DNA from: a virus | Taxonomy: Duplodnaviria; Caudoviricetes | Strand: one strand, 5' to 3' | DNA length: 64,000 nucleotides | IMG/VR virus record: IMGVR_UViG_3300036770_005357 | In this document: positions 56,532 to 64,000 of the stretch, in pieces | Position numbering within the stretch: position 1 is the stretch's first letter | How the letters are laid out: each line of letters begins with the position of its first letter | Program-made: the position numbers and the translations under genes | Notes under the pieces: model-generated | The model's input: the letters and a program-made list of their open reading frames with translations, nothing else | What the model was told of the DNA's origin: nothing | Databases searched by the model: none

Positions 56532-59500
56532 TTATAAATTTTTAATATAAGTATTTAAACTTGCACTCGTACACTGTGATGCTGTTAGAGGTAATGATTC
56601 AAATGTACCCGCAGCACTTCCTTCAGGAGTTAATACTTTTCCATATATTGGGAAGTTATTGCTATCAACATCTAAGCTTAAAAATCCGGGTACACTTATT
56701 ATAGGTTCTGACCCATTAGGTATTCCTTGACGATTAACCGTAGTATTACTATCATTTTTACCCTTAATATAATCATAATAAGTGATTTTATAATCGGAAA
56801 CTGGATTTAATATTTTAATTCCGTTTTGTATCGTATATTTCGACCCGGATAACGCTATGAATCTATATCTAGATCCAGCAAGTCTGGTTTTACTAAGATG
56901 TTTTCTTGAATATCCACTATTTCTTACACCATAATAAGGATTTAATAATTCTTTGCTTCCTGTAATTTGTAAATTGTACGCGTATACATTTTTACCGGAA
57001 GTACCACTTGTACCGGATGAATCATACGGATTTATTTTTAGACTATATCCGGATCCCGATCCAATTATTTCAACTCTATCAAATGAAGAAGAAAATGTAC
57101 AAACATAACCATTAGATTTATCTCTGTTTACATTCAATTTACCACTTGTACCACTAGTACCCGAACTTCCTGCGGTACCCGCTGTACCCGTAGTACCATT
57201 TATGTTTTGATTGATTGGAATTCTATTGTTTACAAGTTGGTATGATTCTTTATCATTGACTAAATTAACATCTCGAACTAAAAATCCGTTATCTGACATT
57301 TTAACGAGCTTACCGTATTTACAATAAATAAAATCACGATCATCAACCGTGTCTTTAATCTGAAACTGGTGAAAATTATAAGTGTTGTGATCTGTTTTGT
57401 ACTGATTATCAAGAGTTGAAACTGTTGTATTACTTGATGTAAAATTAGTATTTTTAATTGATAAATCTAAATTGGTTTTATTATCAAAATTTATTGAAAG
57501 TATAGATGTATTTGAAAAATTTACATCTTTATAACCAAATTTTTTTCTTTCTAATAAACTTGGTTGTAAAACCAAACCGGTCAATAAATTTACTCTAGCG
57601 GGTTTTAAATTTTTAACAAATTCAAAGATTGAAAAATCAATATAAAATTTATAAGTTGTAAAAAATTCTTGAGGATAGATATATTTCTGATTGAATTTTT
57701 TAAAATCTTTCTGTAAAAGAACCAATTCAGGATAATTTTGGGAGGTTAAATACTTAGGATCGCCTATAATATTCGTAATACCTTCTTTACCAACGAAATC
57801 TTTTATTTTTTCATTTAAATAGTCATATGGACTGATACTAAATTGTACCAACGATGAATCATCACCTATAATGTCAGTACTAAATGTAGAATAATCGTAA
57901 GGAACTAAATTAGAAGAAACAGTTTCTGATATTTTATTTATTTTATTATTTCCAGCAAAATTTGGTCCGAAATTATTTGTGTTTATAACTTGTTTTATTT
58001 TTAAAACATCAAATTGATATGGAAATTCGTCTACTTTCAAAGTTGCACAAATTGGAGAACTAAAATATTTATCGGTTTGTTTGAAATTAAATGCTTCAAA
58101 TTTATTAAGTTGATATTTTAAATTTTGATTTAAAATTGAAGAACTGATTGAAGATGAATTATATAAATTTATTGGAGTATCGAAACTCCATAGATAAAAT
58201 AAATTACTGTAAAGATCCGACTTATTTTCAATAGATATTGAATTTAAATTATAACTATGTTCATTAAAATCCGCATCGGAAATTGCGTCTTTAAATACCT
58301 TTAGTTTGTCTATATTACCAACAAAATTATTATTTGAAAGAGGGTAGTTTCCAATATAATAACTCCCCGAAGAAAAAAATCGATTAGTTTCGTAAGTAAT
58401 GATTTTTGTACTCTTACTGTTAAAAATTAACTGTTCGCCGTCATATTGATTTATTTCTAAAGTATAAAGATGTGGAACATATTTTCTTGAACTTTCAATG
58501 AAAAATGATTGTGTTAATTTGTTTAAAATTGGAGGTATTGCTACAAAATCACCATCATCTTCAACAACAAAATTATTAAAAGTAGGTTCGTTTTCTAAAA
58601 CGATAGATGGATATTGATTCTTTTGTAAACTAGAACTAAAGCTAACAGCGTCGAAAGTAAATCCTGGTAAAACTTCTCGTTTTAAAAGTAATGTGTAAAA
58701 ATTATTATTAAAAAATGGCAATTCTAAACTTCTGATACTTGAAGTTTTTTCGTTTTCTACCGGATTAATTTCAAAAATAACAGTTCCAGATTCTTTTTGT
58801 TTATCTTTCTTAATATAAATTGACCAATCGTTGAAAATACGATCTTTTTTAATTAAAGGTATTTTTTCGCCATATTCATAATTGATTGAATTTAATCTAA
58901 ATGATAATTCAACCGAAGAAACGCCTTGAAAAACGGATGTATATTCGATACTTTGAGTTAAATTGTTGTTAATCAGATTAACTGACTGGAACTCTGATTT
59001 CACAAAGTAAGAATCACTACCAGTATGATTAAATTTTAAATAATTATCACGGTCAAATTTAGTAAAATATAATAAAGTGTCATATTCATAAAAAGATGTT
59101 TTGTTAGATAATATATCCGGACTTCCATATTCCTTAATCTGAATTAATTCTTTAGGTATACCGAAAATTGTTCTGATTAAATCAAATGATGTACCTGTTC
59201 CTTTTGACTTATATATTGCACTTATATTGTTAGTTAATCTATTCAATATTGATTTTGCATAATCAAAATATGATGACGAAAGAGAACCTGTAGTTTCGGT
59301 ATTAGTAAAATATAATTGATTTAAATCACTTTGTTCAAACTTAGCAATATTTGCATTCCAATTTAATGAATTTAACAATTCTTCAATATAGTTTTTAGGA
59401 TAATTATTTCTATCATCGTTAACGATTGGATAATTTTTAGGAAATTTTTTAATAAAAACAAGTATATTATCAAAAAAATGACCGATCATTGCTGTAAATT

Positions 59501-61250
59501 TTAAATAATCGGCGGATTCTGTATCGGTCCTAATATATTCCGGTAACTGATATGTTAGACTGTTATAATTGTTTTTATCAAAAGAAATGCCATTTTCGAT
59601 TTTTTCATTAATACTCGATGTATTAAAAAACAAATAAGATTCGTAATCGTCAAAGGTATTTAGTAATGAAATTTGTTCTTGTGTCTTTAATTTTACATCT
59701 CTTGAATAAGACGCTGAAATTGAATAAACGGAATTCTTCGCTGTAGTTATCAATAAATTTTTTTCATTTTCTAAATTAGCGTAGTATAAAATTTTATTTT
59801 TAGCTATTTTACTTCTTAACTCGGCTGAAGAATAATTTATAAAATCATTAAAATCATCAAAATTTATAAACAAATCGTTTATTCTTTGTTTTAATTTTAC
59901 TTTAGCATAATCTAATGTATCTATGTTGTTATCTTCAAATTTTTGGTTTGTCGGACTTACAGTAGGAACTTCAACATTAAAGTTAACACCGTTTAAATAT
60001 ACCTTCCTCGACAATTGTTGCGTAAACAAATTAACTTTAAAATAAATTGGAGCAATGCTAATATTTGATATCCAACACAAAGTTTTAACATCGAATTCAG
60101 TTGGTAATGGTTCATCTAGTTTAATTTGTATATTAACTGAATTATCAATTTCGTTAAAATAACTCGTATGATTTAAAATTTTAATTAATCTTCCATTATT
60201 AAAATTTAAAGAATTTTTATAATAATCATAAAAATTGTTATAATAATTATCTAATAATTCTGAAACTTTTGGTAATAACCAATCGTTGTAAATAACTTTT
60301 TGGAAAAAATCTAAAACGATATTTAGCGAAATTGGATTTAAAGATGTTCTTTCTAATATTCGATCTTGACTGACTTTTAAAACAATTATTCTTAATGATT
60401 CTAATATTTCTTCTTTGATGAATTCGACATCATTATAACGATAAGAAAAATTTTTAATTTGTTCAGCAATGCCGACAAAAGTTTTTGTTTCTAATACTTC
60501 AGTTGTTATGTTTGTTTTGATTATTTTATTAAACCCGTAATAAGTAGAAGATATGTACTCTTGTAAATCTGCTTTATTTTTGAAACCTAATAACTGTGAA
60601 ATTTCATATAAATTATATTGATTTTCATTTGCAGCAAAATCTTGTTCAATTGGATTATTATCTACTATTGTAACAAAGTTGTCTTCGATTTGTAAAAAGA
60701 TATATTTTTTATCTGCAAATGCTCTAATTTTTACACTGTCTAATCTAGATTGTTCATTTTTAACAGTATCAAATGCAAATGATAATCGTAATTCGGTTCT
60801 ACTTGGAGAAACTTCTTTAATTACTAAATTATTAGTTTGATTACCAGCAATGTTTCTGATTGGATTATACAATACATAATATAAACCAGGACTGACTTGA
60901 TTGTAATTCAAATCAAACTGTGAGTGCAATAATATTTCATTAGAATATCTTACGATATTAGTACTTGGATTTGCATATGAATACGATTGCAAATTGTTAT
61001 TAATATCTCTAAAACTGCCCTGTACAACTGAATAAGTAACTTTAGGAATAATTCTATTGAAACCTAAAATATTTTGATTAGTATCATATAAACTTAATTC
61101 AACAATATCATCGTCTCCGTCTCCGAAAAACCCCTTTTCAGGTACTAAAGTTTGTTCGTATAATTTCTGCAAATCCGTATCGAAATATGAAGCAGATACT
61201 AAACCGAAGTTAAGTTGTTCTGGATTTATTGTTAAATAATCGTACGGCAT
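56532..61250 (-). CDS. large baseplate wedge/structural protein
   Basis: 1572 aa. MIGHFFD..KNYP and IYKSKGT..IFGIP resemble baseplate wedge motifs. A LamG-like stretch and a short GTSG tract are present. Confidence 0.65.
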   Translation of the reverse strand: MPYDYLTINPEQLNFGLVSASYFDTDLQKLYEQTLVPEKGFFGDGDDDIVELSLYDTNQNILGFNRIIPKVTYSVVQGSFRDINNNLQSYSYANPSTNIVRYSNEILLHSQFDLNYNQVSPGLYYVLYNPIRNIAGNQTNNLVIKEVSPSRTELRLSFAFDTVKNEQSRLDSVKIRAFADKKYIFLQIEDNFVTIVDNNPIEQDFAANENQYNLYEISQLLGFKNKADLQEYISSTYYGFNKIIKTNITTEVLETKTFVGIAEQIKNFSYRYNDVEFIKEEILESLRIIVLKVSQDRILERTSLNPISLNIVLDFFQKVIYNDWLLPKVSELLDNYYNNFYDYYKNSLNFNNGRLIKILNHTSYFNEIDNSVNIQIKLDEPLPTEFDVKTLCWISNISIAPIYFKVNLFTQQLSRKVYLNGVNFNVEVPTVSPTNQKFEDNNIDTLDYAKVKLKQRINDLFINFDDFNDFINYSSAELRSKIAKNKILYYANLENEKNLLITTAKNSVYSISASYSRDVKLKTQEQISLLNTFDDYESYLFFNTSSINEKIENGISFDKNNYNSLTYQLPEYIRTDTESADYLKFTAMIGHFFDNILVFIKKFPKNYPIVNDDRNNYPKNYIEELLNSLNWNANIAKFEQSDLNQLYFTNTETTGSLSSSYFDYAKSILNRLTNNISAIYKSKGTGTSFDLIRTIFGIPKELIQIKEYGSPDILSNKTSFYEYDTLLYFTKFDRDNYLKFNHTGSDSYFVKSEFQSVNLINNNLTQSIEYTSVFQGVSSVELSFRLNSINYEYGEKIPLIKKDRIFNDWSIYIKKDKQKESGTVIFEINPVENEKTSSIRSLELPFFNNNFYTLLLKREVLPGFTFDAVSFSSSLQKNQYPSIVLENEPTFNNFVVEDDGDFVAIPPILNKLTQSFFIESSRKYVPHLYTLEINQYDGEQLIFNSKSTKIITYETNRFFSSGSYYIGNYPLSNNNFVGNIDKLKVFKDAISDADFNEHSYNLNSISIENKSDLYSNLFYLWSFDTPINLYNSSSISSSILNQNLKYQLNKFEAFNFKQTDKYFSSPICATLKVDEFPYQFDVLKIKQVINTNNFGPNFAGNNKINKISETVSSNLVPYDYSTFSTDIIGDDSSLVQFSISPYDYLNEKIKDFVGKEGITNIIGDPKYLTSQNYPELVLLQKDFKKFNQKYIYPQEFFTTYKFYIDFSIFEFVKNLKPARVNLLTGLVLQPSLLERKKFGYKDVNFSNTSILSINFDNKTNLDLSIKNTNFTSSNTTVSTLDNQYKTDHNTYNFHQFQIKDTVDDRDFIYCKYGKLVKMSDNGFLVRDVNLVNDKESYQLVNNRIPINQNINGTTGTAGTAGSSGTSGTSGKLNVNRDKSNGYVCTFSSSFDRVEIIGSGSGYSLKINPYDSSGTSGTSGKNVYAYNLQITGSKELLNPYYGVRNSGYSRKHLSKTRLAGSRYRFIALSGSKYTIQNGIKILNPVSDYKITYYDYIKGKNDSNTTVNRQGIPNGSEPIISVPGFLSLDVDSNNFPIYGKVLTPEGSAAGTFESLPLTASQCTSASLNTYIKNL

Positions 61251-61251
61251 A

Positions 61252-61725
61252 TTATGCTAATGGTAAAAATGGAAAATCGTCTGAAAAATCCGAAGGAACA
61301 TTTCCTTGTCCCAATTTAATTCTTAAATTAATAAGTTCATTCTTCATCGCAGCAATTACTTGTTTATCATCATTTTGTTCGTATTTTTCTACTAAAGAAT
61401 TGACAGTTTCATTTAATATTCGATTTTCAACTAACAATGTGTTATATTGAGTTAATACTTCGTTTAAATTTCTTTTTTCTTCACGAACAGGTGAATTTAA
61501 TTCGGTAAATTCTACGGCGTTTACATCGATTATTTTATCGATGTTATATTCAAAATTTTTAAGTGGAATTTTAACATAATTAAATTTACCTTCATAAGAC
61601 TGTGATACATTATAAACTAATTGTGCATTCCCAAAATTATCAAAGTTGTTTGTAAATGTACCTAAATCTTTAAACCTCTGTACATCGGATAAAGAAACAT
61701 TATATATTAATGGTATATTTGCCAT
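61252..61725 (-). CDS. hypothetical protein (baseplate cluster)
   Basis: 157 aa with a C-terminal coiled coil, tightly packed between structural genes. Confidence 0.6.
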   Translation of the reverse strand: MANIPLIYNVSLSDVQRFKDLGTFTNNFDNFGNAQLVYNVSQSYEGKFNYVKIPLKNFEYNIDKIIDVNAVEFTELNSPVREEKRNLNEVLTQYNTLLVENRILNETVNSLVEKYEQNDDKQVIAAMKNELINLRIKLGQGNVPSDFSDDFPFLPLA

Positions 61726-61726
61726 G

Positions 61727-63397
61727 TTATCTTGTTATTTTAAATACTTTTTGTGTATCTATAATATCTACAGTATTATCACTGTAAACAATTTTTATAA
61801 ATATTGTCAAATATCTTTCTTGTGGTAATCCAGTAGTTTGCAATGCGAAATAATTTCCTAAATTTGGATCACAACTCAATTTGGTGTAATCGTTAAAATC
61901 AATTAACACTTCTTCCGATTCAGCGTCTTTAATCATATAATATGATTTAGATGGTAAATATTTCGGCGTAATATTATTCGGTTGTTGATATGCTTTATTA
62001 AATTGTTTTAATGGATATTTATCTCTTGCAAATACAAATATTCTTGGTATACTTCCAGCCTTATATTCATCTTTTAAGTATTGAATATTAATTAAATTTT
62101 GAACGGATCCTGTTAATGGAGCTAAACTACCGGTATTAAATACACTATCATCCCACGCAACATCAATATATGGACTATAGATGGTATTTGTTTCTTTGCT
62201 AAAAAACTGTAATAATCCATTAGTATTTTGAAGTGGAGGCGTACTTATTTCAAATGAACTTAATAATATCAATCCTTGATTTGGAACACAACCACATAAC
62301 CAACTTCTAACTATTGAAGTTATATCCATCTTTACATCACTTTGTTGTCCATAACCAAACGATTGACTACAAATTAAACTCGAATTAGCTAAACCACTAA
62401 AAAATGAAGAACTACAAATCCATTTTGGTTTATTAGTATATGACGCCGGTACTTTATAATACCAAGTTCCACCTTCTTTTTGAAAACTTGCTGACGAATA
62501 GGATGCTGTTAAAAGATAATCAACTTGTTGATAACTAGCTGTTGAATTATACTTGTACCAATAATTGTTATCTAAATAATTTGTATAATTCCAGCTGGAA
62601 CCATAATCGGATCCATCGTCGGCATATCTACCATTGCCATTATTCCAACTTTGACTGATAGGATATGCATATAATTTATAGTTTAATGGTAAATTTCTAG
62701 CGCCACATGCTTTTAAATTTAAAATAAATTTAATATTTGAACTACTAATTTCGTTTTTTGAAATTGATTCACTCAAAGAATTCAAATCAAATTTGATTAA
62801 CGTTCTACTGAATTCCGGTCTGATTAAATAATCAGCAGTTGTAGGTCTGGTAAATGAACCTGTATAAATTCCTTTAAAATATCCAACAAAATTAACTACA
62901 TCTACATAATAAGAATTACTTGATGTAACCGTGTTTATAATACCACCCCAACCACTTGAACTTATAAAGCTACCACTGTAGGACGATGTATAACATTGTG
63001 AACTTACAACACTGCCAGAAAATGATCCTGATGCATAATCGGCAGATCCTGATAAATAAAGAGCAATTTTTGTATTTGTTGGTTTATTTTTTAATCTTCC
63101 AGTAAAATTGGCTATAAATGAAGTACCTGGTACAACCGAAGAAGTTAATCCAAATGATCTCCATTTACTTCCTGAATAAATAAAAATGGACGAAGTTGAG
63201 TACGCCAACCAACCTTCATTTCCATAAGAAGATGTATTGGCTGGAACAGGATGCCAATAATTATTTAAAAAAGTAGTTTTACTTCCTAAATTTGAAGCGT
63301 AAATTTCCAAAACTTCATCTAAACCAAAATTTTTATCGATAAATTTTGAAGAATTATTTATGTAAGTATCTTGTGATGGATAAATAAATGTATGCAT
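61727..63397 (-). CDS. DNRLRE-like domain structural protein
   Basis: QDTYI..NFGLDEVLEI, SRTLIKFDL and FFSKETNTIYSPYIDVAWDD motifs. Confidence 0.6.
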   Translation of the reverse strand: MHTFIYPSQDTYINNSSKFIDKNFGLDEVLEIYASNLGSKTTFLNNYWHPVPANTSSYGNEGWLAYSTSSIFIYSGSKWRSFGLTSSVVPGTSFIANFTGRLKNKPTNTKIALYLSGSADYASGSFSGSVVSSQCYTSSYSGSFISSSGWGGIINTVTSSNSYYVDVVNFVGYFKGIYTGSFTRPTTADYLIRPEFSRTLIKFDLNSLSESISKNEISSSNIKFILNLKACGARNLPLNYKLYAYPISQSWNNGNGRYADDGSDYGSSWNYTNYLDNNYWYKYNSTASYQQVDYLLTASYSSASFQKEGGTWYYKVPASYTNKPKWICSSSFFSGLANSSLICSQSFGYGQQSDVKMDITSIVRSWLCGCVPNQGLILLSSFEISTPPLQNTNGLLQFFSKETNTIYSPYIDVAWDDSVFNTGSLAPLTGSVQNLINIQYLKDEYKAGSIPRIFVFARDKYPLKQFNKAYQQPNNITPKYLPSKSYYMIKDAESEEVLIDFNDYTKLSCDPNLGNYFALQTTGLPQERYLTIFIKIVYSDNTVDIIDTQKVFKITR

Positions 63398-63398
63398 A

Positions 63399-64000
63399 TT
63401 AAACTACAAGGCCTTTTATATCACTCGTTGGAAATTTGACTTCAAATACAGCTGGATCTTTTGAAGGATAAATAATATTATTTTGGGTTGCGATACTCAA
63501 ATTATATGCTATTGGTGAATAATCCCCGTCGTCTACAGTTAAATTTTTAACTTTAATTTCAATAACGGATTGTACACCTTCATTTTTCATAACTTCAAAT
63601 GTTAATTGACTTAAATTAATTGGTTGATTAAAAGATAAATTATCAATGTTTAAAAAGTTTTGAATAGTTTGAATACATGCGTTTAAAACATCTCTTTTAT
63701 TAAATCCTTGAAAAACTGTTATTTTAAAATCAATGCCGATGTTTATTATATAACCATCTAAAATATTAATTTTATCAGTTATAATTTTAAAATTATTTAA
63801 ATAATTGATCAAATTTTGTAGTGTAGCTGGATTAATCTTAGTTAGTTTTTTATTGTTGTCGTATCCCAACACATACAAATTATTAGTAAATGGATTGTTT
63901 GATTGTAAAAATTTTTGTCGATCTAAGGGATTTAAGGGTGATAAATCGAGAGTTTCGTTATTACTATTATTTACCAATCCTCTGATTAAACCGTTATATT
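63399..64000 (-). CDS. baseplate wedge subunit (gp6-like), C-terminal part; gene begins beyond window
   Basis: The frame stays open to the window edge (the track start at 63977 is an internal TTG). YVLGYD..KL, IINIGIDFKI and FNQPINLSQ motifs. Confidence 0.7.
   Translation of the reverse strand, partial: YNGLIRGLVNNSNNETLDLSPLNPLDRQKFLQSNNPFTNNLYVLGYDNNKKLTKINPATLQNLINYLNNFKIITDKINILDGYIINIGIDFKITVFQGFNKRDVLNACIQTIQNFLNIDNLSFNQPINLSQLTFEVMKNEGVQSVIEIKVKNLTVDDGDYSPIAYNLSIATQNNIIYPSKDPAVFEVKFPTSDIKGLVV

Noticed and set aside
1-64000. Stop-codon reassignment, as seen in some large phages
   Set aside because: Core genes are full-length and tile tightly in the standard code, and TGA acts as a true stop in several ATGA overlaps.
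1-64000. tRNA or rRNA genes
   Set aside because: No intergenic gap contains T-loop (GTTCRA) or cloverleaf features, and most gaps are too short and AT-rich.

Overview
This 64-kb AT-rich window is the late (virion morphogenesis) region of a large myovirus with T4-like head, neck and sheath genes, read in the standard genetic code and almost entirely on the minus strand. In transcription order it carries baseplate and tail-fibre genes (51.4-64 kb), then RuvC-like, primase and fused Mre11-Rad50 (SbcD-SbcC) genes coupled to a glycosyltransferase/heptosyltransferase/FkbM cluster (41-50.8 kb). A giant tail sheath follows, then terminase, portal, prohead protease, scaffold and major capsid protein (22-41 kb). 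The rest is neck proteins and fibre or adhesin-like genes with LRR, IPT and Gly-Thr-Ser repeats (1-14 kb). The most notable accessory features are a phage-encoded two-component module (Aer-like PAS histidine kinase, single-domain response regulator, 2-TM protein) set back-to-back with a u-spanin-like lipoprotein, a Mom-like DNA modifier, a secreted CxxCH (c-type haem motif) protein and a putative virion O-glycosylation locus. Several enzymes (ligase-like, flavodoxin-like, GP88-like) share an N-terminal M-K/I-x(3-5)-L-L-E leader that resembles a capsid-targeting/protease-cleavage signal. A TATTTAT(A/T/G) motif recurs 3-7 nt upstream of many start codons. No tRNA, rRNA or CRISPR array was seen. 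All product calls come from motif recognition only; no database searches were run.
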